Below the pieces are notes generated by a model, which saw nothing but the letters and a program-made list of their open reading frames with translations, was not told the DNA's origin and searched no databases. Source: Hypanus sabinus (Eukaryota). From it: a stretch of DNA of 64,000 nucleotides. The position numbers and the translations under genes were made by a program. How positions within the stretch are numbered: the first letter of the stretch is position 1; each line of letters opens with the position of its first letter. The stretch covers positions 27,652,001 to 27,716,000 of the forward strand of contig NC_082722.1 in assembly GCF_030144855.1 (NCBI RefSeq), written 5' to 3'. Shown in pieces: positions 25,880-38,100 of this stretch.

Positions 25880-28800
25880 TGACCAATCAAATGTGACAGT
25901 AGAAAACTGTGTATGGAACCGGAGGAGATAGCACAGATACTTAATGATTAATTTGCTTCAGTATTCACCACGGAAAAGGATCTTGGCAGTTGCAGAGACG
26001 ACTTACAGCAGACTGAAAGGCTTGAAGATCAAGATATTAAGAAACAGGATGTGCTGGAGCTTTTGGAAAGTATCAAGTTGGATAAGTCACTGAGTCTGCA
26101 CGAGATGCAGCCCAGGCTGCTGTGGGACGCGAGGGAGAAGACTGCTTAGCCTCTGGCGATGATCATTGCATCATCAATGCGGACGGGAGAGGTTCCGGAG
26201 GATTGGAGCATTGCGGATGTTGTTCCGTTATTCAAGAAAGGGAGCAGAGGTAGCCCAGGATATTATAGACCAGTGAGTCTTACTTCAGTGGTTGGTAAGT
26301 TGATTGAGATGATCCTGAGAGGCTGAACTTATGATCATTTGGAGAGGCATAATATGATTAGGAACAGTCAGCGTGGCCTTGTCAAAGGCAGGTCGAACGT
26401 TGCGACCGTGATTCAATTTTTTGAGGATGTGCCTAAACACATTGATGAAGGTAGAACAGCAGGTCTTGTGTACATGGATTTCAGAAAGGCATTTGATAGG
26501 GTAGTCCATGAGAGGCGTATTGAGAAAGTTAGGCGGAGTTGGATCCAAGGGGGCATTGCTTTGTGGATCCAGAACTGGATTGCCCACAGAGGGAAAGAGT
26601 TGTTGTAGATGGGTCAGATTCGGTATGGAGGTTGGTGACCATTAGTATACCTCAGGGATCTGTTCAGGGACACCCTACTCTTCGTGATTTTTGCTAATGG
26701 CCTGAATGAAGATGTGGAGAGGTGGTTAGTAAATTTGCTGATGACTAAAGTTGGAGGTATTGTGGATAGTGTGGATGGCTGTCAGAGGTTACCGCAGTAA
26801 CCTCTGAAAGAATGCAAAACTGGGCTGGGAAGTGGCAGATGGAATTCAACACAGATAAGTGTGAGGTGGTTTATTTTGGTAGGTCAAATATGATGACAGA
26901 ATATTGTATCAATGGTAAGACTCTTGGCGGTGTGGAGGATCAGCGGGATCATGAGGTCCGAGTCCATTAGACACTCAAATCTGCTGCGCAGGTTGACTCT
27001 GTGGTTAAGAAGGCATCCGATGTATTGGGCGTAATTAATCGTGGGATTGAGATTAGCAGCCAGGACAGCGGTGGACAACGGCGGAGGCAGCAGGGCGGCC
27101 ATGGGGACGGCGGCGGCAGGAACGGGAGCGGCTGCGGCACCATTGGCGGGTGGAGGTGGTGGAAGAGTCGGTTGGACTAAACAGGTGACGTGCAAGTATA
27201 CCATGCATGGAGTTTGTAAAGAAGGAATATACTGCCGTTATTTCCATGATCTTTCAGCCAGCAAGCCTTCACTGATTTGCAAGTACTTTCAGAAAGGATG
27301 CTGCAGCTATGGAGTTCGCTGCAGGTGTGACCATTTGAAGCCGTCAAAGCAAGGACTGTTTGAGTTTCAGAGTGGTCCTACACCATTGGCCCCGAAGGCT
27401 TCTGCCACAGCGTCAGCTACAAAACTTAGTCCTTACCAAATTAAATGGTGAAATGAGCACAAAAGCAGCAGTGATTGAGGAATCTAAACCTTCAAGAACA
27501 AGCTCAAATGTGGAGGACTGGGTTAATGTCGCAGAGTTTGTATCTGGACAGCCATATTGTGGACGAAGATTCTCAAGTGCCTGATCCAGTGTGACTGCTT
27601 GTAGATTGTCAGGTACTAAAGCAGACCTGACTGTATATACACTGCTGTTAAACCTGAAGGGGAAACTGCAGCTCCATTTTTCCACTGTTCACCTAGTTTC
27701 AAGAGTTATGAGTTTTCATAAAAATTGATTTTCCCTTATTTTACAGAGGGACAGTTTTACCATAATCATACGAATTCCTGGTTGCATTGTTAAGTTACAT
27801 TTGGCAATTACTCTTTTCTTTTGAAATTTCCTTTCCTACAAAAGAATTTGTGCCCATTTCAGGTCTTTGCCAAAAGGCAGCAGACTTCTTCAAAGAATAC
27901 TTCGAAGCTGGCAGCCTGGATATGAAGTTACTCCGTTTGATTCTTTATTACTGAATACTTGGAAATTTAATAACCATTGAAATTAGTAGCAGTTGTCTCA
28001 TGCATGTCATCTTCACATTGATGTTGATAAGGTGTAAACTTGGTGACCTTCTTGAATTAGCATTTTCATGTGCAGAGATAAATGTCTTATTTTTTAAAGT
28101 CAGGCTTCTTTAGGTAATGTTTGTGTACTTTGACAATATAATTCAAAACCGTAAATTATATGAGAGGGAAGTAGCATTATTATACTTAACTGTATTACTC
28201 CATTCTAAGTATTGAGAAAGGTTAGTATGATCAACCCAGGACCAGACCTTATAGTCTGATTTGCTTTTTGAATTTACTGAAGAAATCCTAATAAGTGAGA
28301 TTTCAATTTTAACTAGTGTCAAAATATTTTACAGAAAGTGGTAGTAAATTTTAAATTTGTAGTTTTGATATTTTAAAACTTATTCATTTGGTACTATTGT
28401 TTTCAACTAACTTTATTGGTTATGCAAGCTTGTCTAGCATATGAACCTATTCACTTTGGCAAGTCTTTAAGGAATCAGAATAAAATTAATTTGTCTTTTG
28501 AAGAAAAGAGTTTAGCAGCCGAGAGGAAATGTTGCCGCAATATAGGACCCTGGTCAGACTCTACTTGGACTACTGTACTCAGGTCTGGTCACCTCACTAT
28601 AGGAAGGATGTGGAAATCATAGGGGAGATTTGCAAGGATGTTGCCTGGATTAAGGAGCATGCCTTATGAGAATCGGTTGGGTGTACTCGGCCTTTTCTTC
28701 TTAGAGCGACGGAGGATGAGAAGTAACCTCAAAGAGGTTCATTAGATGAGGAGCGGTATTGACTGTGTGGATAGTGAGAGGCTTTTCTCCTAGGGCTGAA

Positions 28801-29090
28801 ATCACTAGCACGACAGGACACAGTTTTACACAGCAGGTTCAGAGAAGATGTCAGGGTATTTTTTTTTCGCAGACGGTGGCGTGTGCATGGAATGGGCTTC
28901 CATCGATAGAGGTGGAGGCGGATACGATAGGATTTTGTACTTGACTCCTGGACAGGTACAAGTAGCTCAGAAAAATAGAGGACTAAGCGTAACCCTAGGT
29001 AATTTCTAAGGTAAGGACATGTTCAGCACAGCTTTGTGGGCAGAGCAGCCTTTACTCTGCACTCGGTTTTCTATTGTTCTATGCTTCTAT
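25880..29090 (+). mobile_element. CR1 LINE split by the MKRN1 retrocopy
   Basis: RT motifs in ORF 26339-26608 (YMDFRKAFDRV); LINE text stops at 27061 and resumes at 28508; ends in a ttctat-type tail. Confidence 0.85.
27062..28507 (+). pseudogene. MKRN1: Makorin-1 processed pseudogene (N-terminal CCCH fingers only)
   Basis: Intronless [36 protein letters not shown] and EDWVNVAEFVSGQPYCGR. Start is ATG>ACG at 27078 (MAEAA), with frameshifts; AATAAA near 28478; 13-bp TSD gagattagcagcc/gagtttagcagcc. Confidence 0.92.
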
Positions 29091-29127
29091 AAGCTAAATA
29101 TTTGACGTCGCGTTTTCTTTTGTTGAA

Positions 29128-29423
29128 CTCCCCCAACTCCGCTGGAAATCATTCGTGTTGACGAAATTTTACCTAAATCCCCGAAACTAATGTGTAAAAC
29201 TGCAGCATGTTATCCGACGAAATTGGACATCTTTTGGCAAAGAAATCCTATGGCCATTCTAGCCAAAATAGAAACTGCAATAAATGAGATTTCAAAAGGA
29301 TTTTATGAGGCTTACGGTATTTGAAAAATGCGCAGCCTGCTCAGGGCAAAGTGGTTTACATCTGTCTGGTATCTCAAGAAACGCTCAAAATTCCTGCCAG
29401 TTTCAGCTATATTATCGAAGAAA
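29128..29423 (+). pseudogene. Ig C1-set exon of receptor gene C
   Basis: PPTPLEIIRV..LMCKTAACYP..FW..; acceptor AG>AA; a 1-nt deletion gives TGA; 296 nt vs 297 nt in B. Confidence 0.9.
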
Positions 29424-29589
29424 GTAAGACTGGAAGGATTTAAAGCAAGTTCCAACCGGAATTGGAATATACATAAAGAGCTGTACAAACACGAGAAAGA
29501 AAATGTGAATAGTAAAATTTTTGGCAATGGTGAACAGTTAACGTGTGTACCATTTTTACATTATTTACAGTCTGCACCTGCAAGGAAAT

Positions 29590-32000
29590 GTGTGTATCAA
29601 TGACAGAGGTAGAAAGAAGAATGGGGTTCTTCAGAGGGAATTTGAGCAGCCAAGGACAAAATTAAAAAGCTGAACCAAGCAGATAGTAATCTCTGGATTA
29701 CTATTGAGGCACGTACAAATTGGCACAGGCTTAAGAAGATTAGAGGGCTAAATGGATGGCTCAAGGGTAGGTGTGGGAGAACGGCGTTTGAATCCATGGG
29801 AAACTGGCACCAATAGTGAGGAAGGAGCGAGCTGTTCCATTGGGATGGGCTCCACCTGAACCGTGATGGGACCTGAATCCTGGCGAATCATGTAGAAGGT
29901 ATGAATAGGGCTTTAAACGAAATAGCAGGGGCTGGGTTCAACAGATTAAAGAAGTATGCATAAAGTAAAGGAGAAAAGTATGGATAAAGCTAAGAGGAAA
30001 GCAAAATTGAAAAAAAGAGTAAAACAATCTTGGTGTGCAGAAAGGTCAAGTACATAAGAGACAACGATTGGTAGATTTTGAAGGCACGGTGAATGTATCT
30101 GAATGCCAGTAGTATTCATCGTCAATGAACTTGTGGTATAACACAGTATAAACGAGTATGATATAGTGGTCATTACAGAGACGTGGTTGCAGAGTGGAAA
30201 GGATTAGGAATTAAATATCTAAGGATATCAGATAATACGGAAGCATAGGCAGGACTATAACGGAGCTGGGGTAGCGGCCTTGATTAAGGATGAAATCAGA
30301 GCATTACCGAGAGATGATATAACATCTAACGAGCAAACTGTTCATTCCATTTGGGTAGATATTGGTAATAGTAAAGGGAAAAAATCACTAGCGGGAGTTG
30401 TTTATAGACCACCGAATAATAACACTAATGTGGCACAGGCAATAAGCAGAGAAATATCTGAGACATGTAAGAATAGCATTTCTCGTGGGGGAATTTAACT
30501 TGCACATTGATTAGGTAAATCATGCTGATCGAGGCAGTCTTGAGGAGGACCTCATAGAATGCGTCCGTGATAGTTTTCTTGAACTTGTAACTGAATCTAC
30601 AGGGGAATACGCTACCTTGGATCTGGTCCTGTGCTCAGAGAAGTAGAATTAGCCATCTTGTACTAGAGATCCTCTTGGAAAGAGTGATCACAGCATGACT
30701 GATTTTCTTCTACAAATGGAGGACGCAAATGGGATGGAGTGGATAGGGTAGACTGGGAGCATAGCTATATAGTGAGACTGTGGAGGAACAGTAGAAAACT
30801 TTCAAAGAGATTTTTTATGGTGCTGAATAAAAGTATATTCCAATTAAAAGCAAGGACAGTGTGGGTGAGGAGAGCCACCCATGGAAAACTAAGGAAGTAA
30901 AGGAAGGCATCAAACTAAAATCTAGGTAAGATGCCACATAAAAGATTTATCCATATGATAAGGATGCACAGAGTTGTGGTGATGATTTAGCAAAGATATA
31001 GAATTAGTTAACTCTTAGAAAGGAGACAGCTGGAATGCACGGGTGTTAGTCTGGTGGGCAATCATCTCAACTGTTCAGAATAAATATCATCGATCTGGAA
31101 GAGTGGGTTGAATGCGGTGCACCTAAATTTGAGGATGCCACTAAATTGAGAGGAAATGCAAATTGTGCATGGGATACGGAGTGTCTGCAGAGAGAGATAG
31201 ATAGGTTAAATTAGTAAGCAAGTGTCTGGCAGATGGAGTACAATATTGGTAATTGCGAGGCTATCCACTTTGGAAGGAAAAATGGAAGATCAGATTATTA
31301 TTTAAATGGGAAATGATTGCAGCAAGCTGCTGAGCAGAAGGTCTTGGTAGTGTTTGCGCATGGTTCGCAAAAGGTTCGTTTGGAGGTGCAGCAAGCTATC
31401 AAGAAGACGAATGGATTGTTGGTCATCATTGCAAGAGGGATTGAATTTAAGTGCAAGGAGTTATGCTCAAACAGGAGTGATAATAGTAAGGCCGCATCTA
31501 GAGTACTGCATGCATTTCTGTTTCCCTACTAGAGGAAGGTTTCACTGGCTTTGGAGGTGGTACAGATCAGGTTCATCAGGTTGATTTCATAGATGGTCGG
31601 GTTAGACTATGAGATTGAGTCACATGAGATTGTACTCGCTGGAATTCAGAAAGATGAGAAGATAGCTTCTAGATAAAAATAAAATTATAGAAGGGAAAGA
31701 TAAAATAGAGGCAGGAAATGGTTTCCACTAGTAGGTGAGACTAGAAATAGGGGACATTGCCTCAAGATTCGGTGGAGTAAACTTAGGACGGAGACGAGGT
31801 GGAACTGTTTTTCACAAAGAGTAATCAAGTCTCTGCCTAATCAGGTAGTGGAGGGTACCTCAGTGAATGTACTTAAGACGAGGTTGGATATACTTTTGCA
31901 TTGCAGGAGAATTCAGCGTTAAGGGGAAAGGCAGGTAGATGGAGATGTGTCCCTCGTCAGATTAACCAATATCTTGTAGTCTCGATGGACAAATGGCTTA
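29590..32000 (+). mobile_element. Internally deleted CR1 LINE (ORF1 esterase, endonuclease and RT remnants)
   Basis: WDGLHLN esterase-type motif ~29845, ITETWL endonuclease motif ~30170, RT C-terminal remnants 31100-31900. Confidence 0.75.
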
Positions 32001-32440
32001 CTGCTGCACCTATTTCTTATGTTCTTATGAAATTCCTGAATTTATGCATAGCCTATTACATAGCAAACATTCCGATATATTTCACAATGTTTCACAAATA
32101 TTTCAAAAATTAATAAAAAAAGCTAAAATGCCAAAAGAGGCATTTAGATAGATGCCGTGGTACAAGGGCGATTAAGCAGATTTTATCATTCTTTTTTCAA
32201 GGAGTAAATGTGATGCTGCCTGGCCCACTGAGTTCCTCTGGCATTGTGTGTGTGTTGCACTATGTTAGATAATCTGTTGGATCCATACGTCCCATCATCA
32301 CCTTAAAGCCCGTAATATACTGCATCTCCTGCAATCTTTATATGTTCTGGACTGAATTACTCTTTAAAATGCTCTACTTTCTTGCCTGACAGTCTCTATA
32401 TGTTTATATATCTTTTACAGTTTCGTCTTTATTTTACCAG

Positions 32441-32548
32441 ATCTAGAAAACAGCAATGAACCTCTGATTCTCGGATGTGCATTGGGCGGAATGGCAGTTG
32501 TATTTCCGAGTATAATTTTGATAAGAATCGGAGTTATGGCAAAACGTA
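32441..32548 (+). pseudogene. Transmembrane exon of gene C
   Basis: CAG|DLENSNEPLILGCALGGMAVVFPSIILIRIGVMAKR; donor GTAAG removed by a small deletion relative to B. Confidence 0.85.
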
Positions 32549-33041
32549 GACGATTTGACAACCATTTCCAATTATTACCTCTACAGGTTGAAACGAGAAA
32601 TGATAATGAGAGAATCAGGATTCCCAAGGCATTATCGAATTCACATTCGACAATGCTGATTATAAATAACAGTATAATTTTATATTCACGTTCAAGTTAA
32701 CCAATCCTCCCTTGTACCTATGATTTCCAGATACATGGGGTTTTAAGGCTGTGATTTCCTGCGGTGATTTTACACTAGTAATAGTACTCTCACTGTTATA
32801 TTTTCGGTCCTTTGAGATATAACATGACATAACATGATGTTATGCTACCGCCACTCTACTCTTTCAATGAAAATCTGGCTCCACCACATTCATGAAAGGT
32901 CATGTTCAACACATTACGTGGCCACTATGTGAGCCTCACTATTTTGAATAGATGTCAGGAATTTCAATTTTCGGCAAGAAATATGATTACATTCCAACGC
33001 ACAACTTCAATATTTTTGACATTGCCACTGTAATTTAAGGT

Positions 33042-33430
33042 TGTCATGGTTCCGTCTGGCAATTCCCCATCATGTTATTACCTCCTTACTTAGGCCTTAA
33101 TGCCCTTGTCTGATTTCCAATCATTCCCAGTTCCACGACTTACAAGCACACCTGGTTCCCAATAGCGAACATTGGATAAAACTCGGGCGTTAAAGCCATC
33201 TTTGCCAGTTCGTTGGTCGACTCGACAGTGAGTATACCTTGTTCCCTGATTCCATGGGACTGTCAGTTAAAGTTCTGCATCATTTGCTGGATACTCTAAG
33301 TAAACCTTGTCTCCGTGTGAAGACTCTCCTGGATACCGGATCCCTGTTCGCGACGGTGCTAACGCCTCACGACTTGGCCTCCGAGCCTGTGTCCTGCACA
33401 TGGTTCGTCCTCAGACTCGTCCTTGCCTCA
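33042..33430. mobile_element. Solo LTR, 389 bp, present in C and absent in B
   Basis: TGTCA...CA termini; flanks aaggt/aagct; empty site at ~43915-43935 in B. Confidence 0.7.
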
Positions 33431-33544
33431 AAGCTGTTCTTTATTTTAAAATCAAATAGGTATTAAAACAACCTCTGAGGAAACAACTCAGAGCAGAGAA
33501 CCGGAGGTGAAACAACTTTTGTTTTTGCTTCTGAGAGGGGTATA

Positions 33545-34175
33545 TTAGAAACATAGAAACACGGAAAACCAACAGCACACTACAGACCATTCGGCCAGAA
33601 AGCGATGTCGAACATATCCTTATCTAAGAAATTACATAGGGTTATCCGGAGCACTCTACTTTTCTGAGCTCCATGTATCTGTCATAGAGTTCCTTTAAAG
33701 ACCCTATCGTATGTGCCTCCACCACCGTCGCTGGCAGCCATTCCACGCACTCACCACTCTCTGCATTGATTTCGATCAACCTATTCAAATAAGGCATGTT
33801 CCTCAATCCAGGCAAGAATCTTGTAAATCCACTGCACCTTTTCTATAGTTTCCACATCCTTCCCACGCTGAGCACAGTACTGTAAGTGCGGTCTAAACAG
33901 GGTCCTATATAACCTCAACATTCCCATGATTGATGAAGGCCAATGTATCGTATGCCTTCTTAACCACAGAGTCAACCTGCGCAGCAGCGTTGAGTGTCCT
34001 ATGGACTCGCACCCAAAAATCCCTCTGACCCTCCACACCGCTGAGAGTCTTAACATTACTACTTTATTCTGTCATCACATCTCCTCTGGTTCAATACACA
34101 CTTTAGCACCGTCACACCTGATTGGTCCTATACCCTCACGTATTATCCTCTTGCTCTTCACCAACCTATTGATAG
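33545..34175 (-). mobile_element. CR1 fragment orthologous to 42737-43805 (insertion predates the B/C duplication)
   Basis: Same flanks on both sides (gaggggtatattag... and ...tag|agg) as in B. Confidence 0.8.
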
Positions 34176-34392
34176 AGGATTTTTATGATCAATTACGAAC
34201 TATGTCTGTGAGTGCATGTGAAGCGATGACAAAGTGAGCCGCACAGAGCTGCTTCAATAGTCTGTAGTGCCCGAGGAGTACAAAGGTGACAGTTGTCCCT
34301 GCGGAAACTGTTGGGGAAAGGAGGAAAACGGAAATAACTGCGGAAGAAAGAAGATGACGAGAGATGAGAAACTCATCCTATTCGTAAAATAA
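34176..34392 (+). pseudogene. Cytoplasmic exon X of gene C
   Basis: Homologue of 42552-42736 (EDFYDQLR..CEC..YKGDSCPCGNC) with a frameshifting deletion and in-frame TGA/TAG. Confidence 0.75.
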
Positions 34393-34525
34393 CTTTTAAA
34401 TGGTCCTTGAAAATCAATTTCACTCTTAAAAGATCATAGGAACTTCCAGTGCTAAGGAAAAATAAAAAAACACGTTTTCCTTTCTAAAATAACATATATC
34501 GCAATAACACTTACTGGTGTTAGAA

Positions 34526-35573
34526 CAGGCATGGGCAAACTACAGCCCGCGGGCCATATGCGGTCCGTTAAGCTTTTTAATCCGGCCCGCAGAACTTGAT
34601 GAAATTATATTAATAAACCTTGTTAACGTTTTTTTCCCGCAATTCTGGCGTTTTCCCAATAGATGACACACTCTATATACATTGACCTTTGTTGAGGTGC
34701 AGCGTATTACTCCACATTTGCGCTTTACTCTTTGTTCGGCTCGACCTATTTGTGTGAACAGGCGTTCAGCGTCATGAACATCAACAAAGCCAGCCACAGA
34801 TCCAAGTTAACTGACCAATACCTCAGATCCATCCTGAGAATCGCCACAACAAAACTAAATCCAGACTTTGATGCGCTGGCTAAAAAGGGAGACCAACAAC
34901 ACTGTTCCCACTGAAATTAAAAGTAAGTTTCTTCGTGGTGTTATGTAAAAAATGCATCTGAAAATATTTTTTTCAATAAACCTTACATGTTACATGTCAT
35001 TTCTGTTAAGTGATGGACATGAGTAGTGCACAGGTACACGTACGTTCTCAAAAAAAAATGCGCTCCAGATCAAATAAGGCACTCAGCATACTGGCGCGCT
35101 GTTACTGTTCTGTCTTTGTGCTGGTCGTTGTTGAGTTTTGGCACAGGGGACAATTGAATAAGAAGACGCAGGACAAGTAGACCTGCATCTCCTACCGTTT
35201 TTGAAATAAAGACAGTCAGGAGGAGAGTGATGATGATAATATCTTGAAAGATAACAGAATTTTCAGTGCTTTAAAATAATAACTGTTACTATTAAAAAAG
35301 CTCTATTTTATTCATTTAATTTTCAGTGTTTTAAAAGTCATTTCAATAAATAGCTAAATACCATGGGACTTCAAAGGCAGATATTTTGTTGTAATGCATT
35401 TGTTCATTTTCAATTGAAATTAAAGCACATGTTTTCTACATATCCCATTATATTTTATTTTCTCTTCTGAGGTGTTTTACCAAAACACTCCGTCCATCTG
35501 CTCCTGGTCCGGCCCCCCTGTCAAATTTTAGAACCCTTTGTGGCCCACAAGTCAAAAAGTTTGCCCACCCCTG
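34526..35573 (+). mobile_element. Non-autonomous hAT (Charlie/Buster-like) DNA transposon
   Basis: 16-bp TIRs CAGGCATGGGCAAACT / CAGGGGTGGGCAAACT; perfect 8-bp TSD tgttagaa (NNNTANNN); transposase C-terminus FGSTYLCEQAFS..RSKLTD at 34732-34914. Confidence 0.95.
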
Positions 35574-35696
35574 TGTTAGAATGTTATGCCGCATTTTTAC
35601 TCATTCACGTTTACGTTTTCATACTCATTTTCTCCTAATGGAATTGAAATTGCATCAGACTGGCCACTAACAGTGTTAACTACCTCTTTGTAACAG

Positions 35697-35807
35697 GCTG
35701 CACTCGCGCCAGTTGAACATGGCCCAACATATGCTGCACTAAACGTGAGAGAAAACAAAGGAATTCACCAGATCATATGCCAGGACGGACATGTGTTCTG
35801 TGCAAAG
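35697..35807 (+). pseudogene. Cytoplasmic exon Y of gene C
   Basis: CAG|AALAPVEHGPTYAALNVRENKG..CAK|GTAAAC in phase 0; homologous to 12494. Confidence 0.65.
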
Positions 35808-36097
35808 GTAAACCTAAGTGTTTGGGGACGGGGGGAAATCCAAAAACTGCATTTAAGCAGTTTAGTTTCGGTGTAAAATAATACCTTACACAATAATATA
35901 AAACATGGCTACGGAACTTCAGCGAAGAACAAAGAAACAGCGGTTTCCCTTTTGTCTCCTTCAGTACAAAGTGTTTTAAAGGTCTGTAATCTAAAAATGA
36001 AAATTATTAAATACATTACAATTATACCCTAAAATGTATCGCTTCGCTTTTTTTGCTGGACAATTGACAAAGAGTTGATATTGAATTACTTCAACAG

Positions 36098-36232
36098 ACT
36101 CGATGTGGCAGAGATGAAAAGTTGACATATGCCGCTCTGCAGCTTCAAAACAATAAAAAATCACCATTTAAGCGCGGCAACAAAGATTCAGTGCACGCAG
36201 ATGTGAAGCTTTCAGAAGAAGCGAGAAGGTGA
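36098..36232 (+). pseudogene. Terminal ITIM exon Z of gene C
   Basis: CAG|TRCGRDEKLTYAALQLQ..DSVHADVKLSEEARR*; ITIM intact, second Tyr changed to His. Confidence 0.75.
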
Positions 36233-36918
36233 AACACGTATGCAAGCTCACCGGGTTGTTTCCCTTATCTACTGCAGGGAGACTAAAGAGCGACAGCAGA
36301 AATAATAGTGAAAGATAAGAATAAGTATAGTGGACATGTTGACAGACGGGGGTATTTCTTTCTCACTATACATATTTTGACTTTCAAAACATCGTCAGCG
36401 ATATCAGTTTAAAGAGAATCACAAATCTGCTCTAATTCATATACTTCAGCTTGCAAAACAACTACGTCGCCAACGAAATATCATCACAATTTCGTATGTC
36501 CTCTCGCGAGAAGTTCAAGTTCAAGTTAAACTTTAACTGTCGTGAAACAACCATCTGTGTGCTTAGTGGATAACTCAGATTGCGGAAATCAGACCGAAAA
36601 TGCGCTTGTATTTAGAGTTAACCAAACTTTAGTAACATAACTACTTCTTCACTGGATTCTCTACTCTCCAAATTAGATTGTGTGAAAATTCTTTTTAAGT
36701 AAGGAAAGAAACGTTCATTCCTCTGTAGGACAAGACAGCTTCTTGCCGATCAAATTCTGTATGAATCAAAAAGGGAAATCTTGAAGAACGCTGACATAAA
36801 CTTTGTGTAAAGCGGTAGCAAACTAAAGTTGATAACTGGTGAATATATCACAAGATTATTTTACAATCGTTTGTATGAATTAGTCATTGGAGGCTCGATT
36901 TTGATATTACTTTCACAA

Positions 36919-36945
36919 TCTAAAACATGGAGCTGACAAACTGAC
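36919..36945 (+). pseudogene. Truncated type-W exon of gene C
   Basis: ggagctgacaaactgac preceded by intron homologous to 17380-17541; acceptor AG>AA; cut off before the ITIM Tyr. Confidence 0.65.
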
Positions 36946-37209
36946 TTCCAACCCACATGGAATCCGATAAATAGGGGTAATGAATTCAGTTGTAAAGTTT
37001 CATGGTGATGTACTGTGTAACCGAAGTAAAATAGCAGCGAATAAAGTTAGTACCCTTTGAGGCAAAATTTAATTCTTCCGTCGCGGTTGGCTGAGAAGAT
37101 AAGATTTGACTATCCTGTTGGCTACGTCAATACAGGAATAGTGATATATTTACAAATTTGAATGCATAGTGTAATGCAGGATGTAGTGCAATGGGTTCCC
37201 ACTGGCCCG

Positions 37210-38100
37210 CGTTGAAATGTTATTCAAAGTTTCAGGTTTTACCGACATTGCCAAAGAAGTAGTTTGTCGCTGCATTAAACTTTGCGAATGGAACACAAGG
37301 AGGATTGCTTTGCTTATTCATTGGGTTCCTTTTTCTGCATGACCCCTTATTTAATCCAACGAAAATGTTACATCCGTCTCTGGACGAGTACTTTATCCAC
37401 GTGTCCATATGTAAATGGTATTTTTTGCGGATGAGAAAATTCGCTTCCATAATGATCACTATGTAAAGATTTTGTACATCAATATTCAACCTTGACATGA
37501 TTCAAAACTCTTTGTAGGTTTCAAGTCAATGGTAATACGCAAAATTTTGACAGCGGGAGACGGGGCAAGACAGCAAGAACAAAATTACAGAAATTTGTGG
37601 ACGCAGTTCAGTTGATTAGGAAACCAGCCTCCCCTCTATGTGGCCTGTATACACTTGCCCCACTGTTCCCAGTAAGCTGTGCGGGTATACAGCCGCGCAG
37701 CAACGGAAGTGTTCCTGCGCAAATAGCCTTTGCTATCACGCAGCGGGAATTTTATTTTAGATAATGCTAATCTAATTTTGAAATTATGCTAATATGATTA
37801 TGAAATCATTGTTAATGCATTTGTGAAATAGCATCTGATTGTGTGCTCATGAATATAAACAGTAATTGTTCTGCATAATGAACCTACGACAACTTTAATG
37901 TAAAACACTTCAGAGCTTCAACGTTCTTACATCGTCAATATTGCAAGTTACAACACCGGTACAAATAGCCACAACAAACTCAAAATGGAAACAGGTAGCT
38001 CATTTTTAATAAACTGCCAGCCCGTGTATAATCCTCTTACAGCCGGTGTAAAATATCCTTGCGCAGAGCGATGGCTGGTCCATATTGCTGGAAAATTAGG
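37210..38100 (+). repeat. Paralogous upstream block (copy of ~21100-22060)
   Basis: Colinear similarity with 21100-22060 (+) and partly 59180-59640 (-). Confidence 0.8.

Noticed and set aside
27041-27584. Functional makorin gene or MKRN2 assignment
   Set aside because: Start is ATG>ACG, there are frameshifts and no RING. The Gly/Ala-rich N-terminus and EDWVxAxEFVxGQPYCGR motif indicate MKRN1 rather than MKRN2.
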